Of a DNA stretch of 64,000 nt, positions 23,199-36,325 are shown one piece after another. Where the stretch lies: NCBI RefSeq assembly GCF_036971445.1, contig NC_091470.1, positions 156,736,001 through 156,800,000 on the forward strand. The letters run 5' to 3'. This DNA comes from Narcine bancroftii (Eukaryota). The notes beneath the pieces are model-generated. The model made no database searches, was not told the origin of the DNA, and saw nothing but the letters and a program-made list of their open reading frames with translations. The translations under genes and the position numbers were made by a program. Every line of letters starts with the position of its first letter. Position 1 is the first letter of the stretch.

Positions 23199-24413
23199 TC
23201 CTAGTGGTTTGATCTATATCTGTGGTTGCTGAACAGTGGTGCAAAATGAAAAGTCATAGTTGAGTTCACACAGAAAACAGGAGCTTACTGTTGGACCCAC
23301 ACACTTTTTAAAACCCCGGGCTCCCTGCCACCCCCACGCCATGCATAGCTGAAGGTGATGTCATGGTGCTGCCCGAGACTTCCCGAGCCAGTTTGATTTC
23401 CTGGCAGGCAAGTCACCACACATCAAGCATTATATAAAACATTCACATATCAAAATACCCAATGGAAACTGCCTTCTTAAGTACAACTTTAAAAAATAAA
23501 TGCAATGAAAGGAAGCCTGGATAACATTGTGAATACTATGGCTCAAGTTTCATACCAGAGTGTATTGTGCTGAATGAATGGATTGGAAAATGATCTTGCT
23601 AATAGATTTTGAAACATGACATGAATTGGAGCAAAACAAGCTGCAATCAAAAACATCTACAAAAATGTACCATTCTAAACCTTTTTAAAAAAAAATTAGA
23701 TTTAGAAATTAGCATAATGACCATTAAAATAAGTAGATGATTTAGGCTGAGATAAGCTTGCTTTTCTAATATCTTAGTAACTGAACAAATTAGTTGATAT
23801 AATATTTTAGAGGTAGCCTAAATTAAGTGACAAATGGCAATCTCAAACATTACTGGAGTCTTCAAAAGTCTGCCTCATACATTTTCAAACACCAATTGAA
23901 GAAGGTGCAGAATAAACATGATGTGATTCCACCTTAATAAAAAAAATCCTCAATTGTCAACGGAAACAAACGTTGCAGAGATCTGCAAAAAAAATGAAGA
24001 CTTATTGACCCACCCACACTCTGTCCAGAATGTTTATTTTATGCTGCTTTTGTGGTTGAAAAGTTGAATGTTTGAATTCAAAATATTAAATAGTTTATCA
24101 TAGCTCCAGAATTGCTCATTACTTTTAGTCATCGACGAGGAAAGAGAACCAAGTTAAATGGAACCTTTTCCTGGCTTAGGAGAAATATCACCCAAAAACA
24201 AAGAAAAAAATAAGGCAAGGTAGCTTAGCTTCCCAACTTGGAATGTCACATGGAAATTGATAAAAAAGAAAATTGGAACATTCACCACACTTAATTCAAA
24301 GTTTATATAAAAAATGAACAAATGTTTCTAGCTTCATCAGTGTGGACTAGTTGGGTTAAAGGAGCCATTTCTGTTCTGTAGAACATTCTAAAGCTATAAC
24401 AAGAAGAACTCAC

Positions 24414-24552
24414 TGTATATTCCGAAGTTTCAATACTGCCCAAAGTAGGGCCTTTCTCCACCATGAAGCTAAGGAGACCTGTGAGGATTGTGGAAACAGA
24501 CCAGGCTGGGTTCCAGGTATCTGGATGGAAATCAGTGATTGATAAACATAAC
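24414..24552 (-). CDS. UBE2J2: UBE2J2 coding exon 4 (active-site Cys)
   Basis: 139 nt, CAG/GTGAGT; (R)LCLSITDFHPDTWNPAWSVSTILTGLLSFMVEKGPTLGSIETSEYT. Confidence 0.96.
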
Positions 24553-24708
24553 CTGCAAGGAAAAGTTTGCTAACAATTATTTATTTTTCAACATGGATTC
24601 AGCAATTTTGAAATCACTTATCCCACAATGAATTCATAAATGGGAAGTTCATTCTTTATACATCAACTCATCAAATAATAATTCCTTTGGTACAGTATTC
24701 TTAATCAT

Positions 24709-25832
24709 TACGTGATCCTTTATCCGGAAAGCTCCAAAATCCGTCGTGGGGACCGATCGCCGGGGGGGGGGGGAGGCGGCCGAAGGACCAGCAGTTGGGG
24801 GAGGCGGCCGAAGGACCAGCAGTTGGGGGAGGCGGCCGAAGGACCAGCAGTTGGGGGAGGCGGCCGAAGGACCAGCAGTTGGGGGAGGCGGCCGAAGGAC
24901 CAGCAGTTGGGGGAGGCGGCCGAAGGACCAGCAGTTGGGGGAGGCGGCCGAAGGACCAGCAGTTGGGGGAGGCGGCCGAAGGACCAGCAGTTGGGGGAGG
25001 CGGCCGAAGGACCAGCAGTTGGGGGAGGCGGCCGAAGGACCAGCAGTTGGGGGAGGCGGCCGAAGGACCAGCAGTTGGGGGAGGCGGCCGAAGGACCAGC
25101 AGTTGGGGGAGGCGGCCGAAGGACCAGCAGTTGGGGGAGGCGGCCGAAGGACCAGCAGTTGGGGGAGGCGGCCGAAGGACCAGCAGTTGGGGGAGGCGGC
25201 CGAAGGACCAGCAGTTGGGGGAGGCGGCCGAAGGACCAGCAGTTGGGGGAGGCGGCCGAAGGACCAGCAGTTGGGGGAGGCGGCCGAAGGACCAGCAGTT
25301 GGGGGAGGCGGCCGAAGGACCAGCAGTTGGGGGAGGCGGCCGAAGGACCAGCAGTTGGGGGAGGCGGCCGAAGGACCAGCAGTTGGGGGAGGCGGCCGAA
25401 GGACCAGCAGTTGGGGGAGGCGGCCGAAGGACCAGCAGTTGGGGGAGGCGGCCGAAGGACCAGCAGTTGGGGGAGGCGGCCGAAGGACCAGCAGTTGGGG
25501 GAGGCGGCCGAAGGACCAGCAGTTGGGGGAGGCGGCCGAAGGACCAGCAGTTGGGGGAGGCGGCCGAAGGACCAGCAGTTGGGGGAGGCGGCCGAAGGAC
25601 CAGCAGTTGGGGGAGGCGGCCGAAGGACCAGCAGATGGGGGAGGCGGCCGAAGGACCAGCAGATGGGGGAGGCGGCCGAAGGACCAGCAGATGGGGGAGG
25701 CGGCCGGGCGACTGGAAGGGGGTGGGGATGGATATGGCAGCATAATTCGGGTGGGCTTTCCGAAATGCGGAAAATTCCAAAATTCGGAATACACTGTCCC
25801 CTAAGGGTTCCGGATAAAGGATCGTGTACCCG
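24709..25832. mobile_element. Tigger/pogo-like MITE hosting the minisatellite
   Basis: Perfect 16-bp inverted repeat GATCCTTTATCCGGAA (24714-24729) / TTCCGGATAAAGGATC (25808-25823); TA near both ends. Confidence 0.65.
24775..25706. repeat. 28-bp GC-rich minisatellite, 33 full units plus a partial unit
   Basis: Unit GGCGGCCGAAGGACCAGCAGTTGGGGGA; 30 identical units followed by three with a T-to-A variant. Confidence 0.98.
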
Positions 25833-26633
25833 TACTTTTAACAGTTATCAGTTGATGACATTTCTATGCAAATTTCTGGTTGAGTAAACAAATGAGAGGA
25901 AGAAAAAGCCACATCCCTTGATCAGTCAGAGTCTTTTGCAAAATTTAGAAAGATTAGGTATAAGATTAGGCTCTTTCTCAATTAAAAGCAGTTCACTGGT
26001 TTTAGAGAGAAGTTATAAAATATGAGATGTAGGAAAATAAATGATTTCACTTTAATGGATACAACAGTACTTTTGTTCTACAAAGAATTTCTTCATCCAA
26101 ATTTTTAAATAGCAACTCAATGCATCAACTTTCTTGCACAAATTTCAAGGGCACTTCAAAAGAATTGAGCAAATACAAGAAACAATATTTTAAAATACAT
26201 TTTATATTTGATTTGCTTTTGAGCACTCAGGCGAAACAAGTTCATTCATCTTTCGCACATGACTTTAAAGATTTTTTTGGGGGTATGTCTGTGAAATACA
26301 ACCTGTTTAAATATAATTTATAGTGTAGACATGCACTAAAATTTAAATATAAACATTCCAGCATCAATAACGAAGTTTCTTGTAGTTTAACCTTAAACTC
26401 AGTTTGAAACATTGCTGCTTTGAGAACCTCTTTAGGATTGGCAAAGAAACAAGAAACACTCAATTTTATTAGAATACATGTTTAATTTACCTTAGTGTAA
26501 AAATGAGAAAGGAAGGACAAAACTGACAACAGAAACCACTGAACTACTTTATTGTATGTTGAAAAGAACTTGTGTTGCTTTAAAAGTTTTATAAAATTAA
26601 TGAAAATCTTAAGTCTTGAATCAAATTCCTTAC

Positions 26634-26736
26634 CGTGTATTACATTTGAATCTTCCATTTGGTGTGATCATGTAAATACTAGGTGGTTTGAATGGAAATT
26701 CTCTGGGGAACACTAACTTGCCATGATAAAGACCAC
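26634..26736 (-). CDS. UBE2J2: UBE2J2 coding exon 3
   Basis: 103 nt, TAG/GTAAGG; [34 protein letters not shown](R). Confidence 0.96.
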
Positions 26737-27481
26737 CTAAATTTGAATAGGAAACAAACGTATCACTAGATTGCTGCATCTACACATTCCAAAAGTGAAG
26801 TGTATGCAATGATTTTTTTAAAAATACACCATTTGATCAAGGAAAATGGAGAGCAGGAAAAAAAAAGTATATTGCTAAAACATTGGTTGACTGAGAAATG
26901 CAACTTTTCTTTTATATTTTTATTTCTTGCTGTCGAATTAGTTTGGAAACAATGGTTGCAATAAAAATCAAACATTTTCTGAATGATGTTTGAAAACAAC
27001 TCATTTATCACAAGCAAATCTCACTTCTTCCACTAGAAGTGCAGAAATATTCTTTCTTCTCAAGAATTCTATTCCATAGAAGCACTAATCGACATATTAA
27101 ACCTCAAATCCTCATCAAGATCAATATCCTCAATCTATAAATCAGTAGTAATTACTATTTTCTGGATTTTTAAAAAAATACACAAGTTTGACAGCACTGG
27201 TCTCCATCCACAACCCTGTATTCACGTGAAACATTTCATATGAAACACTATTAAAAGTTTCATTCACAATGAAGCCTGACATCCAAGTCATCCAATGCCA
27301 GCATCTAATTATTGAACCAGAACAATTCCAAGTGTAGAGAAATGGAACAATAACATTTAAACTGGAGAAGCCGGGAACAGAGAAACTAAAGTGAAGATGA
27401 GAGGAATTTGAGAAGTGTACAGCATCTTAATACGCCTGGCATTTACTAGTTATCCATAGGTACAGGAATACAAATACATAC

Positions 27482-27522
27482 CGTCATACGGTGTTTTCTC
27501 AGGGCCTCGAACCACATAATGC
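27482..27522 (-). CDS. UBE2J2: UBE2J2 coding exon 2
   Basis: 41 nt, TAG/GTATGT; (W)HYVVRGPEKTPYD(G). Confidence 0.94.
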
Positions 27523-30491
27523 CTAGCAAGAGAAGATAACTTAAGAAAACCATAATTTCCTATTCTGAATAAAAAAAACCCATATCCAACTTAATATAAC
27601 AAGCAAACACTTCCCAAAACTTGTGTATTTTTTTGTTATTGGAAATGTTTTACAACTTGAAGCAACATTTTAATATCCAAAAGTGTCAGTAGAAAAATGC
27701 ATGGAATTAAATAAAAACATTTCAAGGAGGATAATGACAGTATTTTTATTCCAATAGCTTCCAGGGCCTAACAATAATGTAACATCATTTAAATATCCTG
27801 CATTTGTGTAAAATTGAAAGGCCTGACCACAAATATCTTCCTTTAACATATTAAAATCCCACATTACTGATTATAAAAAAGTCAAGGGTTCTTGTACATT
27901 TCTGGAAACACACTGCTTTTTATAAACCAAAAAGTGCAGAATTTACACGAAATTGCAACAAGATAGCCCAGTATTGGTCGGGGGGGGGGGGGGGTCCAAT
28001 AGTTACTGATGATCAGATCTGACCAATGTTGATCAGCAAACAAAGGCCAAGTAATACACACCATCATTGGGTTATGTGCACATTAGTGCACAATGTACAC
28101 ATGTACTTTAATCTTGTTGGTTAATCATACGCGAATTAATATTTATCTGTACTGCAGAAATGTTGCTGCATTTTACTAGAAATGTAATTAAAACATTGCA
28201 CATAGCACATATACATGGTCAACAGAATACCAGAAAAGCAATGGCCTCAAAATTACAAATTCCCGACATACTGCAAGACAAGGTTGATTAATACTTAAGA
28301 GGTATTTTACATCAGAAGCCATTTGTGCGATCCAACCATCTCAGTCAAAGTTGGATACTATTCAAGTTATCCCTACCCCAACCCCCCCCCTTCAAAATCC
28401 ATCATCTCATGGGTTCTAGTTCAAGTGCTCATCCAGTGTATCTTTCAAAAGTGGGAAAGGTTTCTGCCACAGCCAACCTTTCAGATGCAGTAAACCTCAG
28501 ACTTTCATGACTCCCATTGTTTAAAAGGTCCAAAACTAGGATCCATACATTTATTCATTATAGAAGTTTAAATTCTGGATGTCTCAGACCGTTTTCTATT
28601 TCAAAGAAAGCCAGATCATTGTCCACCTCCCCATACATCTAGGATTCTCCTGCCTGTAATATTCTGAAACCTGCTCTACAACCTCTTTAGTGGCATCACA
28701 TCTTGTGGCAAAGTGGACGGAATTTACAGAAGCGTGGCCCTGAGAAACTCCTGCAAAGCCGTTGTTTACAAAACAACAAACACCTTTCATTTTGAAGTGC
28801 GACTCCAATGGTTACTTTTCATAGGTTCTTTGATGCCACACATGCAAGTGTTGCGTCAAAGGCATTTGACCTCATCTCATCCTTGGAATTCTGCACTTTG
28901 CCCATATTAGAACTACACCCGTAATGAGAATTTAAGATGAATGCCTGAAATAAAACCCCAACTGAGCCCTGCAAGCAGAAAACTAGAAAATGACGCCACA
29001 AAGATAATGTGTTAATTATTTATAAAATGTTATTACAGCAAGGTAGAAGTCAATTCTGGCCATTTAAACCCGTGCCACCCAATTACACCCACAATTGTTG
29101 ATTGGACATATTTGAAAAATTTCCCCACATTGTCTCGATGCCACCAATTACGAATTGCATGGTTACAGCTGGGAAAGTTTCATTGTATGAAGTTCTTTAA
29201 CCTGAATCAGTCAACTCAGTATGGGCTTCCATACAAAACTTGAAGGACTACCCATTTGCAACAGTTTTATCTAGAAGGACAAATGACTGATTGGAGTGGA
29301 ATATAATTCTTCTGCTGCTTAAGATGTGCTGACTCTCCTCATTGTCTAGTGGTTAAGCTCTTGGATCTGAACCTAACCTGATGAATTTAGTATAGACAAC
29401 ATGCAAATATAATGTGAATATTTAAAGTGAGTTTTAGTGAACAGATGGCTGCCATGGTGGGACTTGAATGTATTCCTATTCCCTGGTTTATCCATCTGCA
29501 ATTCACTAATTTATCAGCATTCCCAGGAATGCCAAACTAGATCACCAAACACTGGAAACAAGGAATTAGAACTGCAGTTTTAAATAAAATGAAAATGACA
29601 TCTAAAAGTTTCATAAGAGCATTTCCTTAATCTTATTCTGGTTCCATTCCTGTTTCATCATGGAAGCTCAGGATTTCTAATTAGATTTTAGATCCATTGC
29701 TGCCAGAAAAGTTTACAATTTAAGGAAATCCATGTTCACACGTTATCTCCAATGAAGCAAGTGAAAGTGTGACACAGTAATCCATTTATATTGGCATCAG
29801 TACTATAGAGAATGTATGCCAACTGCACTATTAACAGAACAACGCAACCATCAAATGCTGAAAAATTAAGTGTTCAAATTGAAAAGAACCACAAAAAGAG
29901 TTAAATTTGCTTTGCAGTTCTCTGGATCGTCCAACTAACAAAATTAGTTAGTTAGTCTGTGCAACTAACAAACTTAATAGGCAGCTAAACAATGGAACCA
30001 TATATCAAACTTCTGAAGTGCTTTAGTTAACTCACACCTGGTGCTGTTCCTGTTTCACTACTGAAAGAGCAGTGGGCAACCCTGCCTCTCACTGCACCCT
30101 CCTCCACCCCCCCACCCCAAACAAAAATGTTCCCCGATGTCAGACTACAACTTATAAGAAATTTACTTTCCAGCTTTGCTGCGAGTTCACTTTTAGCACA
30201 CGTTCAAGGCATTAAAATGTATAGAAAGTTAATTCAGGAAAAATATTTTAAATTAACTGTAACCAAACACAAGTCCCATATTTTCAAGCAAATAAAAGAT
30301 ACATTTCAAATTGATAGTCCTTCACAGGTTAGCAATAATGAAATTGGTGGTGAAAAGCCATGAATCAATTCAATCAATTCAATGCTGAAATTGGGCACGA
30401 CTTCAAAATCATTCTGCATGAATACAAAGCAACTTTCAGATGTGCAAAATATAACTCGTTAATTATCTTTTTTGTATCACTGTAAACTCAC

Positions 30492-30622
30492 CATTCAAGA
30501 ATATTAGATGGAAGAGGTTCGGCACAGATATAAGGCACTGGGTCTTTCTTTATTCGAAGATAGTCTTGTTTCAGTCTCTGTGTTGCTGTTGTCGGAGCGC
30601 GCTTGTTACTGTTACTGCTCAT
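30492..30622 (-). CDS. UBE2J2: UBE2J2 coding exon 1 (start codon)
   Basis: CAG|ATG: the exon begins at the ATG; MSSNSNKRAPTTATQRLKQDYLRIKKDPVPYICAEPLPSNILE(W); GTGAGT donor. Total CDS 774 nt = 257 aa + stop. Confidence 0.96.
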
Positions 30623-30719
30623 CTGTATTGTGACAAAATCGGTAACATTTTAATCAAATTATTCAAGAATTAACTAAAAATATGAGAACAGTTACAAATC
30701 TGATATTCCATCTTTACCT

Positions 30720-31435
30720 CTGACTGCATTCCTATGTATAGTACAAACTTAGTTCTTAAGTTCGTAGGTGACATCATGGTGGTAGGCCTGATTACAGGGG
30801 ACAAGGAAACATCCCCTGGATGAGGTTCAGCACTTATCATTGTGGTGTGCCGAGAACAATTTGTTACTCAATACCCAAAACACCAAGGAGATCAAGGTGG
30901 ACTTTGGATGTGCAATAAACCACACTCACATCCTGATTTACATCAATGGAGTTGTGATGCAGCATTTACAGAGCTTTAAATTCCTGGGGTCCAAACCTCT
31001 ACTGATTTCTCTTGGTCCTTCAATTTAATAATTTTGATCAAAAAAGCACAACATCTTTATTTTTTGAGATGCATGAAGAAGTTACACCTCTACCCAAGAA
31101 TACAGTTGCATTTCTATTGATGAGAGCGTGCTGACATACAGTATTTTGATGTGGTACGGGAATGATACTGTAAGGCACCCAGTGGGTAGTGAAAACCACC
31201 CAACGGATTGGTGGAATGCAATTGCCTACCATTGAATCTATCTATAGGGATGATGTTTGGACAGGGTAAGAAATATTATTAAAGATCAACACACCCTAAT
31301 CATGAACTAATTACTCTCCTACCATCGGGCAAACGCTATAGGAGCCTTCGCTCATACACCACTAGGCTTAAAAAGAGCTTTTTTAAAAAAAAATGAAGCA
31401 GTGACAATGTTAAACAACAATTCACGACACTAAGT
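30720..31435 (+). mobile_element. Rex1/Babar-type LINE fragment
   Basis: WCAENNLLLNTQNTKEIKVDF...SFKFLG. Confidence 0.7.
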
Positions 31436-33507
31436 GGTGCTGTGCTTGTATTTTATAATTAGTAATTTTTTACTATTCATTTTAGAATAGTGGTTTTAAT
31501 TGTATAGGGTTTTTTTTTAAATCGTTATGTACGTAGGTCTATTTTGCAGTCTGGTTGTTTCATTAGCTAGTCTACCAACACAATGACAATAAACTGTATT
31601 GTCATTGGCATAAATGGGCCTGGAGGATGAACTGCAGACATGTTAATTTGACATCTGGTGGTTGGATACTGATAGATAAAATCAATCAAGATGCGTTTCA
31701 CAAACATTTCTCGGACTAGTTGACCCTGTATTGAATGTGCCCAGAAGTATTGAACTGCACGTTTTACAACCCTTTCTACGTATGATTCCACCTGCATTGA
31801 ATTCGCCCATCGTTATTGAGTGAAGATCTACCGGAACCAATGCCTGAAGAGCGCGCATAAAATCAGTGAACCGGTGCGGACTCGAAAGGCCAACATGGCC
31901 TGTTTCCGCTCCGTAAATGGTTACATGGTTATGGTTATACAAGGTGGCAAAGGGGCTTCAGTTTCCTCCCACTGTTCGTAACGTATCGGGGTTGTAGGTC
32001 AATTGGGTGGCATGGGCTTGTGCTGTATGTCTTGAGAGAAAAAAACAAATGAATACCAACTTTAGTATGAACAATAACTTTATTAGTCCAGGAACGCAAG
32101 ATGAAATTTCATCACAACATTCGGGCCATCATATTTAATTAAATAAAATTGGATAAAATATCAGAAACGATGAGAATGCCATAAAAATCTCCTGCGTCGG
32201 CGTGAGCAGCTCGGAACTCTACAAGCCAGTCAATCAATTATGAAAAAAAATTACAACAAAGAAACTGGAGAACCAATACAATCTTCAAAATTATGAATAT
32301 GAATTTTATAAATGTGGATAAATTGAAAGCTCCTTGTGAATATTTCTATTATATACACTTGCTTCTATTACTCATGATGATTGGCCTCTTCCCAAAACAT
32401 TTTAATATTGGTTATATGGTCCAATTTCTATACTAATTATACTGGACCACAAAGAGTTTGCTTCCTGAACACTTTTGGATGAATTATGGATTTTGGGCTG
32501 CTGATTACAAAATTCATCTCAACATTTTCCTATCACATACCTTTTTTATTAAGATATAACTTATTTTTTGATTTCCTGTCATATTTTAAATCAACTAGTA
32601 CATTGACCACCAAGCCAGCTCTTTTGGTCAGTCCAAGCATGCCTAGGTATGCACTCAGTTCAGGTGCGATGCAAATGTTATCCTAGGCCTGGGCATGCTT
32701 AGTCAGGATAGATGCAGACAGGCTTTAAAAGCTGCTCACATAAATAGATGCAGTGCGTATAGATTGACCACATGTTGATGCACGTTCTTCAGGCAATACC
32801 ATAGTAAGTGCACTTCACAATAGCATTTACTGTCTTCAGGAAGATTCAATGACTTATCAATGTCACGAGAGCTGCAATATATTCTGTTACATTTGTTGTG
32901 GGGATGTGCTTAAGGCTCAAAGACACAGCATGACTGCACGTTAAGAAAGCCTATGAGCTCGACTTTGTTTAAAATTGGTGACCGCACATTGGTGACCCTG
33001 TTGTGCAACATGTGCAGTCAACCTGAGAACTCAGTGCAGGGGTATCCGGAAGTCATAATATGATAAAACATGTAATTCAATAAATGTTAATTTAATGTTT
33101 CTCCAATTTCCTACGTGATACAGCAAATCTGAAATTATCTTTGTGTTCAGTTTGAAGCTGTCTTTCATAATCCCCAATTTTTTTTCAGAAAGCAAACCTT
33201 TTGAAAAATGTTGTGTCCAGTGATATTTCATTATAAATTCTGTTCATGCTGTGCACATAATCACAAAAAGCTTACAGCACAGAAAGAGACTACCTAGCTT
33301 ATCAAGTCCACAATGGTTCCAGGCAAGTGCAAACCAGCTATATTTGTCCTAAGGTGCCCTCTCTTTACAGTCCTGAAAGATTCCCATTTGAACATCACAA
33401 TAAATCTACCTAAAATGCCCATCCTCACTGGGTAAGAAAACAAAGGGGTTTCTCATGACATCTCTGGTTCCTTCATTCTCTGCTCTTTAGATCTTGCCAC
33501 TCCAGTA

Positions 33508-33814
33508 CAGGTAGTCCTCAACTTATGATGCGGTTACGTTCCAGCACTCCCATTGTAAATTAAAAAAAATGTAAGTAGGAAAAATGGCAGTGGGATCAGT
33601 GTGGGGACTGACACAGAGCTGTTGGGAGAGGGCAGAGGGATCAGGATGGGGACCAACACGGGACCATTGGGAGAGAGCAGGATAGTGGGATCAATGTGGG
33701 GACAGATATAGCACTGTCAGGAGACAATGAACATCATAGCCCAGCCAAAATTCAAAGTACAGTATGGATTCAAACCATCGTAACTTGGAAAAATCATAAG
33801 TCGAGGACTATCTA
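33508..33814. mobile_element. Tigger-like MITE with internal degenerate tandem repeat
   Basis: TIRs CAGGTAGTCCTCAACTTA / TAAGTCGAGGACTATCTA flanked by TA; internal GGGATCAGTGTGGGGAC repeats. Confidence 0.7.
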
Positions 33815-34399
33815 TATGCTAGGACTCCCCAAAACATTTTTTGATAGTTCCTTACCATTCTTGAGACATTAAATTTCGGTATTTTCTCTACATACAACAA
33901 AAATTGAACCAAGAACCTACCGCTAGATACAGCAATTAAAACCCAAGCATAACCTAACACCATTCCTTTTTTCCTCATCAGTCCTCTACACTTTTGCAAA
34001 ATGCTGAATCCTGCAAGACTTATAGAAAAAAACCTATTAAAATCCATAGACATCTGCAATCAAACATTTTCCCAATGTTATTACATGTACTACATTCTCA
34101 TCAAATATATTCTATCTGCTCTAAAATAACTCACATTTTTAAATGTTCATTAATTTTCCACAGCTGACAATGAAAATTACCTGGTTTATCCTCCTCTCCC
34201 TTCTTTCACACGGATCTTACAATGGCTACTCTTCAATCCAATGGTATAATTTGAATATCTAAGGAAGATTGAAAAATTATGGTCAGAACCTCAGCTATCG
34301 TCTCTCCAATTTCTTTCAGTAGCCTAAAGAGCGGGCATTTATACAATTTTTCCCACGTTCAAGTTCACTAACATCCTTTCTGCAGTTACCTCAAGGCAA

Positions 34400-36325
34400 A
34401 AAAATGGGGAAGTTGCAAGATAAATAAATGGAAAAATGTCACAACTATAGCTAACTTGGAACGTCATAGTCATGTGAAATCAAAGGAGGGCATACTAGGA
34501 AGCAAAAATGAGTGGGAAGACAGAGGATTGGGAAGATTTTTTAAAAGTCATTAAAATTTCAAAAGGAGAGAAAAGTGTGAAAGTAGTCTACCAAATAATG
34601 TCAGTGGATACAAAAAGCTTCTTCAAGTTTACAAAGAATAAAAGAGAGGCATAGGTCCTAGGACCACTAGGAAATGATACTGGAAAAATAACAATGGGAG
34701 ACAAGGAGATGGCAGAGGAACTAAATGAGTATTTTGCTTCAGTCTGCACTGTGGAAGACATTAGCAGTGTACCAGACGTCAAAGGGTATCAGGGAAGGGA
34801 AGTGAGAGCAGTTACTATTTCAAAGGAGAAGGTGCTCACACAGCTGAAATGTTTCAGGGTGAATAAGTCTCCCACACCAGATTGATTGCACCCTCAGGTC
34901 CTGAAAGAAGCTGCAGTAGAGATTGTGGGGGCATTGGTCATGATCTTTTAGGAATCAATAGATTCTGCATAGTCCTGGAGATAGGGGGGAAAAAAAAATC
35001 ACATATGTCACCCCATTCATTATTCAAGAAGGGGGTGAGGCAGCAGAAAGAAAATTATAGGCTGGTTAGCCTGACTTCAGTGGATGGGAATATGTTGGAA
35101 ATTATTGTAAAGGCTGATGTTATGGGTTCCTCAAGGGAAAATCTTGCTGTGAGTAAGTGAAAAGAAGGCTGGATAAGGGAGTTGCAGTGGATGTTGTATA
35201 TTTGGATTTTCAGAAGGCCTTTGACAAGGTGCTGCACATGAGGCTACTTAACAAAAGCCTATGGTATAACAGGAAAGTTTAGAGCATTGGGAATAGCAGG
35301 AAGCAGAGAGTCAGTATACAGGGATCATATTCTGATTGGCTGCCAGTTGCTAGGGGTGTTCCACAGGGGCTGGTATTGGGGGCACTATTTTTTTATGTTG
35401 TACTGTAGATTAATGATTCGGATTGTGGAATGAATAGCTTTGTGGCCTCATTTGCAGATAATACAAAGGTAGGTGGAGGACCAGGTAGTGTAAAGGAAAC
35501 ACTGAGGCTGCAGAAGAACTTAGAATAAGAGAAGTGGCAAATGAGATATAATGTCAGATAGTGTTCGGCATTGTACTTTGGTAGAAAACCAAAGGGCAGA
35601 ATATTTTTTTTAAATGGAAGAAAATTGAAAATTCCCAGATGTAAGGAGACTTGGGAATCCTGGTGCAGGATAGTCTGAAAGTAAACCTGTTGAGATCTGT
35701 TTCAACCAGCATGTTAAGATGGTGGTGAAGGCAGCAAATGCAAAGCTGGCATTCATTTCAAGAGCAAAAGAAAAGAGCAGGGATGTGATGTTGAGGCTTT
35801 ATAAGGCACTGGCAAGACCTCATGGTGCATTGTGAGCAGTTTTGGACTCCACATTTAAGAAAAGATAATGCTAAGGAGGTTCACTAGGATGATTCCAGGA
35901 ATGAAAGAGTTATCTTATGAGGGCCTGCATTTGTTGATATGTAGGAAAATGAAGAGGATCTCAATGAAACATTTAAAATGTTAAATAGTGTTGGCAGAGT
36001 AGATATAGAAAGATTGTTACCCATGCTGGGAGAGTCTAGGACAAGAGGGCACAACTCAGGATTAAAGGGCCTTTGCTTCGAACAGAGATGTGCAGGAATT
36101 CTTTCAGTTAGAGGGTGGTAAATCTGTGGCATTTTCTGCCACAGGCCGTTGTAGAGGCCAGGGCATTGGATGTATTTAAGGCAGAATGATTAGCCTGGGC
36201 CTCAAAGGCTTTGGGAAGAAGGCAAGACAGTGGGGCTGAATGGGAAATGGATCAGCTCATGATTAAATGGTGGGGCATACTAGATGGGCTGAATAGCCCA
36301 TTTCTGCTCCTATGTCATTCTGTGG
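34400..36325 (+). mobile_element. Degraded CR1 LINE ORF2 (about 1.9 kb)
   Basis: Broken frames with EMAEELNEYFASV, NYRLVSLTS, LDFQKAFDKV, GVPQG and FADNTK motifs; 3' tail present. Confidence 0.85.

Noticed and set aside
24649-25887. Five long overlapping ORFs (316-391 aa) and a CRISPR-like appearance
   Set aside because: They arise from a stop-free 28-bp tandem unit. There are no unique spacers, no cas genes, and the context is a vertebrate intron.
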